A stretch of 64,000 bases of DNA from Podargus strigoides. Taxonomy: Eukaryota. Shown here one piece after another: positions 36,439 to 49,864 of the stretch. Both the position numbers and the translations under genes were made by a program. Each line of letters starts with the position of its first letter. The stretch's first letter is position 1. The notes below the pieces were generated by a model. That model was not told where the DNA came from. It worked only from the letters and a program-made list of their open reading frames with translations, and ran no database searches. The stretch covers positions 14,272,861-14,336,860 of the forward strand of contig CM051638.1 of assembly GCA_028020825.1 (NCBI GenBank), in the 5' to 3' direction.

Positions 36439-36525
36439 CTCGATGTAGTCCAGAAGGGCTGTGTCAAGCATGATGAGATCAGTGAGGAAGGTACCAAGAT
36501 AAGGTACCATGCCTTGCATTACTCC
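36439..36525 (-). CDS. RGL1: RGL1 CDC25-domain exon ([29 protein letters not shown])
   Basis: Minus-strand acceptor tgtttgcAG and donor ATCGAG|gtaatt; matches human [29 protein letters not shown]. Confidence 0.85.
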
Positions 36526-37951
36526 CTGCAAACAAGCAGAACAATGCTGGGTTAATTAACTGAGAAACAGTAATAATTAGAATGCTAGAATATGCCTGTA
36601 TATGAAAATGAAATAAAAGCAGCCTGCTTAACCAAACAGTTGTCTTATAAATGATATTTTCTTTCATTACATCATCCTCAGTATCTCATCTAGAATTTAA
36701 ATCAAATTCTCATGAGAGCAGGATGCTCTCACAGATATTGCCAAGTGGTTTTCTATTCCAACATTGCCACCATACCCTGATTTCTAAAAGCGGGCCACCG
36801 AGAAACCTGGCTTGTGGGAGAAGCATGGAGCACTTGGGACAGGGTCCCTTGGGTCCCTGCTCCAAGAGAAGGAGCTGGGGCATGGTCCTGGCTACTCTGT
36901 GAGAGCAGCTGCTCTCTCTGCTTCATTCCAGTGGATTTTCCTTAATGATGTTGTTACACCACTTGACAGTCAAGTCAAATCGAGTCACAGGTTTCCTCCA
37001 CGAAGTGACCATCTCCCCAAGCCATTCACTGCATTTGAATAATAATTATTCACATTTTAAACTTTCTAGACTGCCAGCAGTTGCAAAGCTCAGGCTGTTT
37101 CTACACTTGTGAGGGAAATGCTTGTTTCTATCACCCAAAAGGTTCCGTATTTTTTCCACTCAAACTAAAACAAAAAAATCATATTCAGCACTTTTGCCTC
37201 CCTGTCCCACATCTCTCCCCCTCTGTCCTCTTCAGTCTTTGCCAACTTTGAGACAAAAGCCATTTTCAGCAGCAGAGTGGAAACTGGACACATTTTACAA
37301 AGCCATCTCTGTAGAAGTCTGTGAGATTTTCAAGGTGGGATGTCTGCTTTGGCCAGAGCTAATTTGCTTTATCACAAGAATTCCAGTATTTACATTAAGT
37401 ATTTTACTAGATGAAAGTTGTGTGGCTTTCCCTGTATTTCTCTTCACAGGGTAGCAAGAGTAGTTAATGGAATTCTTTCTGGTAGGACAGAAACAAGGCG
37501 GTGGAAAATGATGAATGCATGTTAACATCCATCAATCAGTTATTACCCTTTTTACATGACGGGTTTAGTAAATTTCTGGCAGGCTTGCAACTAAGGCCAA
37601 GCCCTTGGCTCAGTGGCCATCCCAAAGAGTTGGTTGGGGTGTGAAGCACACGCAAGCAGGGATGGGAACAGCAGGCCTATATCCACCCAGTTACCCCCTG
37701 GCAGGGAAAGGGGGAAGGTTGGGGCCAGGGACCATAACGTGGTCTGTGCATACATCCACTGAACCCTGAAATCTTGGGGACACACTGGCTCTGCTCATGC
37801 TTTGCACATCCATTTCCTCTGGCATTTCAGTATGCAGACAGGCATTACTAGACTAAAACCACCGCTGTTACAGCTTGGCAGCCCAGCACAGGCTGTACAC
37901 AAATCCCACTTTAAAACTGTTTACATATACAGATGTATGCATGTGTGGGAT

Positions 37952-37952
<1 letters not shown>

Positions 37953-37981
<29 letters not shown>
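37953..37981. repeat. (TA)n microsatellite of about 14 units
   Basis: gtatatatatatatatatatatatatatatgc. Confidence 0.95.
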
Positions 37982-37989
<8 letters not shown>

Positions 37990-38261
37990 ATATATACACA
38001 AACATAGCATTACCTGCTTGCATGACCCACAGCATAAGGGAAAATCAGCTTTGGGCATATATTTGCAGCATATTCAGTCTAAACCTTTCGGTTCAGTCGC
38101 TCTGTATCAGCTAATCAGTAGCACCGATGTGTTTTGCTTGACAGAGCATTACCTACTGCGCCCTCGCTTCATTAAATATCTTTCTAGATTTTTGCTTCTT
38201 ATATAATTCACCAATTAGGGTTAATCATGTTACCAGCTCAGGAAAAGGACCCCGAACACAC

Positions 38262-38351
38262 CATATCTTTTTGAAGTTGCAGTCGCCTCTGTGTCCTTTT
38301 CTGGTTTTCTTTCATGCTGCTGTCCAGATTTGCAAATTTGGATGTTCCCTC
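38262..38351 (-). CDS. RGL1: RGL1 CDC25-domain exon (EGTSKFANLDSSMKENQKRTQRRLQLQKDM)
   Basis: Minus-strand acceptor ctcacAG and donor GATATG|gtgtgt; near-identical to human EGTSKFANLDSSVKENQKRTQRRLQLQKDM. Confidence 0.85.
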
Positions 38352-40529
38352 CTGTGAGTTAAAAAGGAATTAAAAGGCAATTAACAGAGGAGCTGAGTGG
38401 TAAGCTGGCAACTACATTTGTATGAAATAATTGCAGGTACATTTAACCAGGCAAAAATATTTGCTGTGCAGGTATATGTACATGTGCTGGGAACTCAGGC
38501 ACTGATTGGGAATTTTGGACAAAATCCCCCAAGATGACCATAAGGGAATTGTTCTGCAAAATAGCTCTATTAATTACACCTAAAGCTAAGTGCTGCTGAA
38601 AATCTCCTGAGAGTTGAAATCAGAGAAGCTTAGATATATTTCAGGTGTCCAGATGCTTCTCTGAATTCTATCCTGACACTGCCGACCTCCAGATTTCTTT
38701 TTAATTTCCTAATCAGGACTGCTACGAATAAACATCTGTCTTATGTAATGCTTTGTTGTTTTGCTTATGCCGAGATCCAGCAACCACCCTCTGTGGCTTA
38801 CTGACTAGTCCAAAACCACGCAGGAAATGGAAGAAAAAGGTTTTCATCTCCACAATTCACACTTTCCTATGAAGGGATGAGCTATTTCACAATAGTTCTA
38901 TAGCCTTTATTTCCCTAGATCCATACAGGATGCTGGGAGTTACTGTTATTTTTTCCATTGGTCAGATAGATGGGGGCATGAATCATTGTTAATGTCTTTG
39001 TGAGGGCACAAAACAATAGCCCACACTCGCAAAGACCCTCTCATTACACTCTTTGCTTCTCTCGGTCACAGCTGATGGACAGATCGCTCAAACTCTATTT
39101 CCCTCCTTGGCTGGAAAACAGAAGCAAATGAGAAAGGAGTGTTGTCTCAATGTCTTCAGGACACTGAGAGGTGATGTGATGCTCTAACAGCAGCCAGCGG
39201 GTGGGCACAGAAGCTCCAGCTTGCAGCAGAGCCACTGTTTGGGGAGCAGAGGACACAGTGCTCCCTCTCTCTGCTCTACACTTAAACTTGCATGACAGAC
39301 AGGCAAGGTCAAACACAGCTTCCCTACAGAGACTATTTATAGTGAAAGAAAACAATGACTTTAAGGGTTCAGTGGATATTAATCCTCCAATCCTTACAAA
39401 CCGGTCCGAGGTCTGAAGTAGGAGAGAGGTCCTAGCTAGTCTGTGGAATTTTTCTCCTCTCGCTGTGTTCAAAATGTTTTGCAAATCTACTTACAGCAGC
39501 TGGAGAGAGTGATTTGTTGGGAGCCAGAAGGTCTGGGCTCGGGCTGAGCTGTTGTGTTGTCTTTTTAATATTTGGTTAAATAAGCTGTTCTGAATACACA
39601 TTTTCCCTCTATACTTATTGTCTCACCTGCTTTAAAATTTACCTACAGATGTTGATACATGGATGATAAACAGAACAGGCTGGCAGGTTTGCATGTGCTC
39701 ACCCATCATTTCAGAGCAAAACACAGTGGTTTGAGATACCAAGGCACAGGGGTAAGGTACAAATGCCAGAGAGACTGAAGAGAACTGCCAAAAAGTAAAC
39801 TGGTCAGCCAGTTTATAGAAACTTTTTATGTAAACAGAAAACACTGCCACAAACATTCCTTCATTTCTACAGAATATAACCTTTTCCCTGCTATTCTTCC
39901 TCCCTCCTTTCAAGTTCCCAAACTTGTTGGGGTTCGCCCAGGAGAGTGCACAAGTCAAACTGTTCCAGACAGAGCCTGCTTTGTTGTCCATCTGGCCACA
40001 CACAGAGCAGGAAGCCTGCTCCTTCGAAATTCCCAGCCCTGTTTTTTACTTCCAAGAAAGGTACGGGATAGTCAGATAAACATCTTGGTTTAATTGCTCA
40101 GCTGAAGCTAAGTGGCATTGTTCCAGTGAAGCCAAAAGCTCAACAGTGGCACAGCCCAGTTGGGAATCTCACTTGGAGCTGCTCTGCACTCACTGGTGCA
40201 AACCTGCACCTTTCCAGGTCTGATCAGAGGGTGCACAAGCTAGCGGTTCAACTCTCCATACAGAGCAGAATAAAGCCAAAGTGCTAATTCCTACCTCATC
40301 TCAGCAAAATCACACTGGGCAGCACCTCTTCTCTCTGGCTGTGGCTCTAACACTGTCACAGGTACAGTACGTGGTGTCCACGCTCCACAGGCTAACGCTA
40401 GTGTAGGTTCTCAGGGACAACAAAATCGCCTCTCATCCCAGCAGAAAAGCACAGGATTTATGGACCTGCCTTCCCTGAAGCACTGCATAGAGTATGACCA
40501 CAAGCCTTGCAACTCCAGCTAATTCTCAC

Positions 40530-40614
40530 CTTCACTAGCAGCTCCCTGCTAGTCAAATAATTGTCGTGTTCTGAGAAGATATCAGACAGCTCTTCAAACA
40601 TCAGCATTATGTCC
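40530..40614 (-). CDS. RGL1: RGL1 CDC25-domain exon (DIMLMFEELSDIFSEHDNYLTSRELLVK)
   Basis: Minus-strand acceptor tgtacAG and donor GTGAAG|gtgaga; compare human DRMLMFEELSDIFSDHNNHLTSRELLMK. Confidence 0.85.
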
Positions 40615-40819
40615 CTGTACAGGAAAATAAATCATTTAGGTTATCAGTAAGCACTCTAAATCAGAGCAGATTACTACTTTCTCTCATGAATTGTTAACAA
40701 GTGGGTATATAAAAGGTAATACCACCACAATGCATCCAATGAGATGCTGCAAATCTACTAGGGAGCTTCCCAGGATCTCCTGGTGCTCCCAGTAAAGTCA
40801 GCCCATGTTCAACAGCATC

Positions 40820-41000
40820 ATAGAATCACAGAACAGCCTTGGTTGGAAGAGACCTCTCAGATCACCCAGTCCAACCATTAACCCAGCACTGCCCAGTCAC
40901 CACTACCCCATGTCCCTCAGCACCTCATAAACACAGCTCTGAAATCCCTCCAGGGATGGGGAATCACAAAGAAACACCACAGGTGTGCAGACCCTGGGCA
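40820..41000 (-). mobile_element. CR1 3'-end fragment of a divergent subfamily (reverse orientation)
   Basis: tcatagaatcacagaacagccttggttggaagagacc...cagtccaaccattaacccagcactgcccagtcaccactacccc...tccagggatgggg. Confidence 0.7.
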
Positions 41001-41806
41001 GGGTTTTCAATCATGCTGCAGGGTATCAGGCTGTTGTAAGAAAGTGGGTAAACAGATGCAAAGGAACAGAAAACAGAAACTTAATTTCATGTGTTCTGGA
41101 AAGCTGGAAGCGTTTAAGTGTACGAGTCCCCTTCTGTGACCCAACACTATAAACACAAGATGGCAGTGTTTTGATCAGGGGCAGGAACACAGGGGAGTGG
41201 AAGGGAAGATCTACCTCTCTCTAGGGGAAATGCAGATGTACACTGCATGGCAGAGTGACATTTTCCTTTGTTTATCAAAGGCAAAGGAAAGAAACCTATT
41301 CTGCCCAAACTGAACGAGCAGAATACCATCTTTCCTTTTCAGAGGTTTCTGGTGTCTGTCTGTCATGCAGTTAATACGCCAGCTGCACAAAAAGGTATTT
41401 CTCTGTGAGAAATATTGTCTTTCACACCTTCCACCAGACCAGGTTGCTCCAAGCCCCCATCCAACCTGGCCTGTAACACTGCTGACCTTCCAAGAGTGGT
41501 GTGCATGAGCTGGGTGAGTAGCTAGTCTCATAGTTTTTCTTCAAACTAGGTTGTGGAAGATATAATATGCTATAAAGGACAGAAGAGACCCATTATCCCA
41601 GAGGGCAGGTTGTCCCCTCAATATGAGAGAGGAGCTCACAGCAATGAGGCCCAAAAAAGGGGTCTGAGCCTCACAGGAAGGAGAGGTTCTTTAAAAGATG
41701 TCCATGAAGGAGCAGAACAGGAGGACTGAGAACAACAAGATATAAAGAAAGAGCACTGAGCTTTCTGCCTTTGTCTGGGGCCACTGGAGCAGAGGGGAAC
41801 ACTTAC

Positions 41807-41910
41807 TTTGGAACATACGCCCAGGTCTTCTTTAGCTGATAGATGGAGTTGGACTGCAGTGCTGAAATGATGGCCCTCAAGGAGGAAAAATTCTTCAGGA
41901 TCCTACATTC
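41807..41910 (-). CDS. RGL1: RGL1 CDC25-domain exon ([35 protein letters not shown])
   Basis: Minus-strand acceptor cctttcacAG and donor CCAAA|gtaagt; compare human [35 protein letters not shown]. Confidence 0.85.
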
Positions 41911-43553
41911 CTGTGAAAGGAGCGGTTCAAAATACAGGAGCATTAAATGTCAGCATTACAAATACGTCAGTGCTCTTCTGTTTGACCGGTGTCATGCTTG
42001 CCCCACATTCTCCCTGCAAAGCAGGCAGCTGTACAAATATTGAGCCTCAGAAATATCACTCCCCTCTCCAGCCACCAAACACTTTACGGGCTTTGGCACT
42101 TATATCTTGTTTTCCTCGCTTTCGTGTATTTATGGTGATGTTGCAGTGATACAGCTTCCAGTTCTCCTAGTGAAAATAAAAGTGGAACCGAGTCCACAAA
42201 GCCTGGTTAAAAAGCACAAACGTTACACTTCTTAAAAACCTCTTTGTAGTTACCGATCCCTTTTACCCTGCAGGGGTAAAAGAGGCTTTGCCTCTTTGTA
42301 TGTGGTATTTAAAAAGTAAACCTTCAATCGTCTAAGTGTCAATTAAAAATAAAGACATGCAAAGCAATAGCCTGTTATTCAAGTATGAGAAACACCTTCC
42401 CAGCTTTTCCAGAGCTGGGATCAAATCCTAACAGAGAGACTGGTTCATGGATATTTCTTATGCAGCTTTTCTGTGGCAAAAGCTCTGATGGAAAAGGACA
42501 CTGAAAAACTTAATTCTCAAAAAAAAATAGCAGATTCCTGGTAAAGCAGATGAAAGCAAGGAGGAGGGCAAGTCTGGCCTGGGACTCTTCAAGCGACTCC
42601 TGTAAATCTGTTGGTGGCTCGTGAATTAGAGCATGGGCACCACAGACCTCAGAAACTCTTGCAAATGCAACCCTCACAAACAGGTGCCTACGTGTAAATT
42701 AAGCAGCCCAAACACACAGCAACTGCACGCAGCTGAGAATTCTCCAAATTTTTACAGGACTGATTATTACGCAGATAATGCTGACTTTGTAAAGGATCCC
42801 TACAGTGAAAATAAACATCATTTACTTCCTTTGCAGGCCTGAACAAACGTAAAGCAATCTTAGCACAAAGAAAAGTCAGACCTTAATACACCAGCAACTC
42901 TGTTCACGAGTTGCATTAGAATCCACTGAACAGCTAAGGGAAGTATATTTATTCACATTGATTTACCTAAAAAGAAAATCCCTATGCAACTCACAAGGCT
43001 CCATTTAAAGTGTTGCTTAAGGAGACTGACTGGGCAGGCAGCACTTGCAGCAGGTTGGCAGTCAGGGTAGATAAAGATCAAGTTCAGGAGCATGTGGTAG
43101 GACACACAAGACCTCAAAGCTATTTTTGCATGGTTTGGGGCCAAAGAAGCCTCATAATAGCTCTTCTTCAGCCTGACACATTGGAGAAAGAGATCCTTCT
43201 TTCTTTATGTTCAACTTGAAATTCAGGCTGGGGAGAACATGGATTTAGAGGCACGAATTCTTAGCATTTCTTTTTTTTTTTTTTTCCAAATACAACAGGA
43301 GTTTGGACTGGAAGATCCAGTTTGGAACCATCTCAACTTAATTGCATGTTGCATAATTTAAAGCACATTAGGAATTCGATATTGGATTTTGTGTTCTCAA
43401 TGATTTAACTGACTGCAGACTAAACTTAAGCAAGTTTTCATTTGTTTAAGGAGAATTCTTAAGACTGCTTTGAATAACTTGGTTTCACACTTTGTCCTTC
43501 ACAAGGGGAAAAACAGAAAGAATCCTGCACAGAAGGCACTTTGATTTTAAAAA

Positions 43554-44262
43554 ATTTAAGCATAACAGGATGTTCATGATTTCATTTTTACTTTTTGTTT
43601 TTAAGAAATTTAAGCATAACAGGATGTTCATAATTTCATTTTTACTTTTTGTTTTTAAAAAATTTAAGCATAACAGGATGTTCATGATTTCATTTTTACT
43701 TTTTGTTTTTAAAAAATTTAAGCAGAACAGGATGTTCATGATTTCATTTTTACTTTTTGTTTTTAAGAAATTTAAGCATAACAGGATGTTCATAATTTCA
43801 TTTTTACTTTTTGTTTTTAAAAAATTTAAGCATAACAGGATGTTCATGATTTCATTTTTACTTTTTGTTTTTAAGAAATTTAAGCATAACAGGATGTTCA
43901 TAATTTCATTTTTACTTTTTGTTTTTAAAAAATTTAAGCATAACAGGATGTTCATGATTTCATTTTTACTTTTTGTTTTTAAAAAATTTAAGCAGAACAG
44001 GATGTTCATGATTTCATTTTTACTTTTTGTTTTTAAGAAATTTAAGCATAACAGGATGTTCATAATTTCATTTTTACTTTTTGTTTTTAAAAAATTTAAG
44101 CATAACAGGATGTTCATGATTTCATTTTTACTTTTTGTTTTTAAAAAATTTAAGCATAACAGGATGTTCATGATTTCATTTTTACTTTTTGTTTTTAAAA
44201 AATTTAAGCATAACAGGATGTTCATGATTTCATTTTTACTTTTTGTTTTTAAAAAAAACTTT
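43554..44262. repeat. 57-bp minisatellite of about 12.5 tandem units (unit approximately tttaagcataacaggatgttcatgatttcatttttactttttgtttttaaaaaa, with alternating variant units)
   Basis: Strict 57-bp periodicity. It creates artefactual 258-aa (+) and 246-aa (-) ORFs made of 19-aa repeats (FKKFKHNRMFMISFLLFVF / MNILLCLNFLKTKSKNEI). Confidence 0.95.
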
Positions 44263-46340
44263 GTGTGAGTGAAACTGGCTGCCCCTGCCCAGGAACCTTA
44301 GATCTAGGTGGAGAAGAGAAGGCTGGCAGTTAGAAAAAGTATTCAGTTTATTTTATAAACCAAGAAACTGGATCCAAAAGTCACGAACAGATAGCAAACA
44401 CGGAACTCCATGCTGCTGAGTTACAGAATTAGCTGTCAGTGGATAACTGCACTTTAATGAGTGGATTATTTTCTAATTCAGGTGTCTAACTATTCAAAAC
44501 ATTCATTTGCATACACAAAGCAAGCAACTTAATTCAGCTAAGTTTGTATGCAACTAGGTGTTGTACATGTGCCATTATTCTGTCGAGCGTGCACATGCAT
44601 TTTTCACGTGCTCAGCTCAGCCTGGAGTGTTCAGCTATGTGTATGAATTAAGTAAAAGGAGATGCACTGACTCAACAGAGGTGGAGAACAAAGCTCTCCA
44701 TCCATCCACAGAATAAGTGTGATGAGCGTGGTGTCTGTCCTGGCTTCCCAGAGCCTCCCTTGATGAGCGGGAAGCTGCTTTGCCCGTGCAGGCCCAGTTT
44801 CAGACTACAAGGGCCCCTTCAGCTGACACCCTCTGCACCTTAAAGATCTGCACACAGAACAGAGGCATCAAACTCCCTAATCCATTCACACGGGCTAGAA
44901 AGCAGCCATCAGATGACAACAAAAACAAGTCAACCTAAGTGCCAGAAGAGAGGTGAAAGACTATTTCCCCATACCAGTTTCCTGAACCATGCAGTTGCCA
45001 GAGCTTAGGTGCCAGGACTAACAAGGCTGCTGTGGAAGGATAGAAGTGCATTGTCAAGGTTGGAAAGCCTCAGACTGGCTTGAGCTTTTTATGACTGCTT
45101 ATTTTGTATAGCTCGGGAAGAACCCATGTGATTCTTAAAACAAAAGTCAACACACTTCCATATGAAAGTGTTCTAAATTTTATCTTCAAAAGAGAGATCT
45201 AGTCTACTGCCAGCTGCCCAGCCCTCTGAGGGGAGTTAAAAAGGTTACAGTAAAATATTAGAGATAAAATCTAAGAAATTAGCCAGCTAGAGTTACGTAA
45301 AGAACACACACAAAACCCTTTTGTGCAAAGACTGAGAAACAGGCAATCTCCTACAAGACAAAGGAATTGAAGCAAAGAGTAAAAACATGTCAGAGAAATG
45401 AGTGAGACAATGCTAAAGCAGAAAGGTAAGATGATGAGGAGACTGGTACTACATCCTAACTCAAATTATTTTTTTCTGGTCACTGCTTGCACCTCTCACC
45501 CCCTCCAAACCCAGCTGGTTTGTATACCTGATGTAAACTATGATTAACTCAGTAGGCAAATGACTTTTCAGCCTCAAGAATTTTTCAAAACAAAAGAGTA
45601 CAAACAATAATTTCATTTTTTCCATGTTAAGGAGGCTACTGCTTCCTAGAAGTGAGTCAGCTTTGTCCGCACTCACTTAAAACCTTCTGTTTGCTTTGCT
45701 TTCCCATACCCACACACATATATAAAAATGTATGGAAACACAGACAGTTTTGCTGTCTTCTACCGTATCTGATTTCAGCTCTCCTGGTGTTTGTGGATGG
45801 AGGAAAGGGCACATGACCCTCACTGACTGAATGTGAATGGTCCAAGGCAGGTAAGTGCAAAGTTTATGCTGACTGTGCCTGCGCCGCTGTCGGTCCTACT
45901 CCAGGCGTGTAAAACGTTCCTCTGAATGCAAGTCTAAGCTTTGGATGATACCAAACATCACTTCTTTCATTAATAGGAGCAGTACTTTCTTCCAAGGGAA
46001 GCAAACTGGTTGGATTTATACCTATCTTACCATAAATGTTACATTATCAAGTATATGGCACTCCCCATCTGCAAGACACAGTATCTGCCTCACCCATTAA
46101 TTAGCACTGCCAGCCCTGGGAAGAAACAAGCAGAGATCCTCTTTCCATGGTGGGGAAGGAACTAAAGAGAGGAAGGGCAATGCTTCGTCTGCTATTACAA
46201 AGCAAGTCAGTCAAAAATAGAAAGGATTAGAGCTAAGATGTTCACTGGCCTGGGACCAATGCAAACAACGCCCTTCTCCCCTCCCAACCCCCAGGCACCC
46301 ACACAAGGAACATCAAAACAGTCCAGAAGAAATGCTTTAC

Positions 46341-46556
46341 ATGTGCAATATGAATCCACTTGTCAATGATCTTGGCTCTTTGCTGTGTTTTGAGTTCTTT
46401 GCTCTCCAGGATAGTGCTGACAACACATTTGGTAACTTTGTTGAACTGAGAGATGGTGGCTCTGACGGTAGGTGCCAGGTGCTTGTATTCTTTCTTATCT
46501 CTTTGAGACCAGATGCTCCCCAGGCAGTGGTAGGGCACAACTTTCTTGAAGAGTTT
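46341..46556 (-). CDS. RGL1: RGL1 CDC25-domain exon (KLFKKVVPYHCLGSIWSQRDKKEYKHLAPTVRATISQFNKVTKCVVSTILESKELKTQQRAKIIDKWIHIAH)
   Basis: Minus-strand acceptor cactctAG and donor GCACAT|gtaaag; 72 codons in phase 0-0; compare human QLFKKVVPHHCLGCIWSRRDKKENKHLAPTIRATISQFNTLTKCVVSTILGGKELKTQQRAKIIEKWINIAH. Confidence 0.85.
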
Positions 46557-47200
46557 CTAGAGTGAAACAGAGGTGTGTAAGTCAGCAGGATTCTCCTAGA
46601 TCTCTATTGTACACACAAAGAAACACGTGTTTACAGTACAAATTGCATCTAAATCTAATATGGTATTAAAAGGGAAATATTGTTTAATCTCAGTTTAAAA
46701 TACACACTTTGGCATACTCTTTATAGGCTTGATGTCCTAAAATAACTGCCAGCTAAACAGACCTGGGAAAATAAGAGACACCTTTCTATCAGTTGCATCA
46801 CCAAGGGGAAAATCTTTTTTTCTAAAATATTTTGAAGGAGATTGATGCAGACTAACCAAATCAGAGCACTACAGTTAAGAATACCTATAGGTACCTCTAG
46901 GCCAGGTAGCAATACAGTCAAAATGTGCTATTTCTCAGGTGCCAAATAACAAACCTTGCAAAAAAAGGCTATGCAGTATACAGTCACACGTCAAAAAACT
47001 CACAACCTTTTCAATGACTCAAGGAAAAAGCCCAATGAATAAAGCAAGTTTGGATAACGAAGCAGAGCTGTGTTCTGTGCCCCAACAACAGACCTGCTCT
47101 AGAACACTATACTTATATTGACATAACTTAAAAAAAATAAAATTTAGAAGCCCAGCACTATTTCCCCTAGCACTTCAAGTAGTACACAAACTCTACATAC

Positions 47201-47325
47201 TGCATCCATGTATGTCAACTGTTCTGCCACAAGGTCTTCTTGGAAAGAAGAGAATTCTTCTAGACTGATGATCTCCAGTTCCTCTTCATCAGCTAAGTTA
47301 CAGGGGGAAGTGTTAAGGAATTCAT
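47201..47325 (-). CDS. RGL1: RGL1 exon (DEFLNTSPCNLADEEELEIISLEEFSSFQEDLVAEQLTYMDA)
   Basis: Minus-strand acceptor tccccaacAG and donor GATGCA|gtatgt; compare human ...EFTCFSEDLVAEQLTYMDAQ. Confidence 0.85.
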
Positions 47326-47574
47326 CTGTTGGGGATAGAAAACACAGATTAGTAAATTTATACAGCAAACAGTGAATCAAAGCAGACGTTTGTTTATTTT
47401 AAAACATCACTGTATATATTCCAGGAGGATGCCCAAAGGCATCCTGTCTGATGTAATGGCCCCACCGTGCTGCGTATTTTAGTGAGAAAGACGATGAGCA
47501 GAAGATTAAATTGGCAAACAAAAGGTGGAAGAAAAAGAAACAGAGCTAGAGAGAATTGAGCTGGTTTAAGATGG

Positions 47575-47745
47575 AAGAGGGGAGGATTTAGACTAGATAC
47601 TAGGAAGAAACTCTTTACTGTGAGGGTCGTGAGACACTGGCCCAGGTTGCCCAGAGAAGCTGTGGCTGCCCCCTCCTGTTCCAGGCCAGGTGGGATGGGG
47701 CTTGGGGCAACCTGGTCTGGTGGGAGGTGTCCCTGCCATGGCAGT
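47575..47745 (+). mobile_element. CR1 fragment (ORF2 C-terminal and 3' UTR part, 3'-truncated)
   Basis: ctttactgtgagggtcgtgagacactggcccaggttgcccagagaagctgtggctgccccctcc...ggtgtccctgccatggcag. Confidence 0.8.
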
Positions 47746-49864
47746 ATTTATGCATTTTACAATCCGAAAAAATCCCACAAAGTGCAAAGGGACAAGACTA
47801 CAGTTATAGCCCTAAAATATTGCATTCAGAATGCTCTTATATCCAGATTTCATCTCCCATGTGTGGAAATAACAGGAGATCCCATATTTTCTTGGCACCA
47901 TTTGTGCCTTCACAGTGCTACATGGACTACATTGAAGAGAGTTTATTCCAGCATCACTCACCTTCCCTCTCAGGGAATTTTTCCCAGATGAGGGAATACA
48001 GTGAGCACTGACAGCACTCAGCTGAATGCTGCTTCTAGATTTGCACTGGGCAGCAGTGAAGAGGTGGGAGAGGAGAACTGTCCTCAGCAGGGGACTCAAT
48101 CCAGTGCAGAAGGGAAGGGATTTCCCAGATGTTCCCATGTCACCTTTTGGCTCTCACAGGTTGGGAACAAAGCCACATTAAAACACAAAGAAATATGCCC
48201 TTGTTTCCCATGGTAAAGGAGGAAGTCAAACAGAAAATCCCTGAAAATAAATCCTCTTCCTAATCCCTTTTACTGCAAGGCGACAGTAACTCCAAACGTA
48301 GGGGGAGAAAAAAACATGGACTTGTTGAAGACTTAACAACAACAGCAGAGTTTAGTACTAGTGAGATTTCATTAACAAAACCAAGCAGTGCCTTTCAGAG
48401 CATGTTATGCAATACTTCATATCCAATTAAAGCAGAACAGACATCAAAGCAAAAAAAAAACAGATAAAGCAATACTTCATCATTGTTTTACCTTCCTTCA
48501 TTAACTAGCAAAACCTAGAAAATGGAGAGCTCTGTTCCAGCATTATTTAATTCTGCGTGTTGTTCCAAAACAGCCACAGGAAAATATGAACTGTACAAGA
48601 GTCACACTTCTCTCTCTTTTTGGCTATGTAACTCCTCGTTTTCCTTTCAGCTCCTGAAAGTCAACTGAAAATCCTCATTGCTGAGATGCAACCCTACCCA
48701 AAACCTCACCACACCCTTAAAATCAAGTCTTGGAGTGCAATTCAAGATTTTCCTTTTCATTTTTCATGCCTTTCTTTCTCCTTTTTCTCTCACCTTCACA
48801 AATGTGTAACCAGTCTTCTCCCTACTCCCCAAGAAGCTGCAGTCCTCTTGAACTCAAGTATCTCATTGTCCTCAAACCTCTCTCATCCATTTAAGCTCTC
48901 TCAAAGCCCAACAGCCCTCTTGACTTCAGTCAGAGCGACCACGTGCTCCTTCTGAATTTGCAGTTTCTGACTCACCTTGCTCTGTATTGCCCAAGCTGTA
49001 AGAATTGAGGCCAGGAACAGCTTTTATTATCTATGCATCTGGTACTACAATCTAATCTACTGGCACAGCTGACGGGAACACTGAGGTCTGATTGCACAAA
49101 TCAAACTGTAGGATTAGGACCAGCATTTGTAAATTCACAGCACAATGTGAATGCCTCAGAACAATAATTACCAGCATAATGCCACAGGAAGCTTTCTGAC
49201 CAGGACAAGGGGATGTGTCAGGCTTGATGCTGCACACAGCATATTTGTGTTACTACAGTTCACTATTGTTTCAGTCGATTGTGACCCCCAATAACGTACG
49301 TTTTTCCTCTGTCCTTGGATACCAGCAGCCAACCACTTAAAGGGGAAAAAACAGCCACAGACGCTTCCTTTGACATGATGGTAACTAGGAAGAAAAGTTT
49401 CATGACAATGCTTGTGACTCAAGCTCTATTTTGTCACAGCTCTGTATTTTTGTTGGCTTTGAGCTTTTCTTGAGGGGGAGTGCATTGAAAGGAGAAGACC
49501 AGCTAAAGAGCAGCTGTGTGCTTTAACTCAATGACCTGGGAAGTGCGCTGACAATTAACTGCTTAGCTGCTGCAGCAATCGAAAGCTTTGACTAAATATT
49601 AGAGAAGTGCTGGATTTCCCAGTCCACCCCAGAATGAACAGGCTCAGGAACCTACACTGCACAACTATTTAAATCTGCACAGAACCTGCAGCCTCATGCA
49701 GATATTTTTGTTTTGAAAAAAATGAAAGAAACAAGAAAAAAGTCATTGGTGGGTCTCGCAATACTGTCAGTTAGCATGAGAGTTGGGGAGATGTACTCTA
49801 CATAAATCCCTGTGGTACCACACAGTCTAGGAGAGCAAAAAGTGAGAAGGGAAAGGTAACTTAC

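Noticed and set aside
43554-44262. CRISPR-like array or prokaryotic defence locus
   Set aside because: The units are contiguous with no unique spacers, and the surrounding sequence is clearly eukaryotic (introns, CR1, ERVs), so prokaryotic system models do not apply
43485-44268. Long ORFs of 258 aa (+) and 246 aa (-) with perfectly repeating peptides
   Set aside because: These are by-products of the stop-free 57-bp minisatellite, not genes
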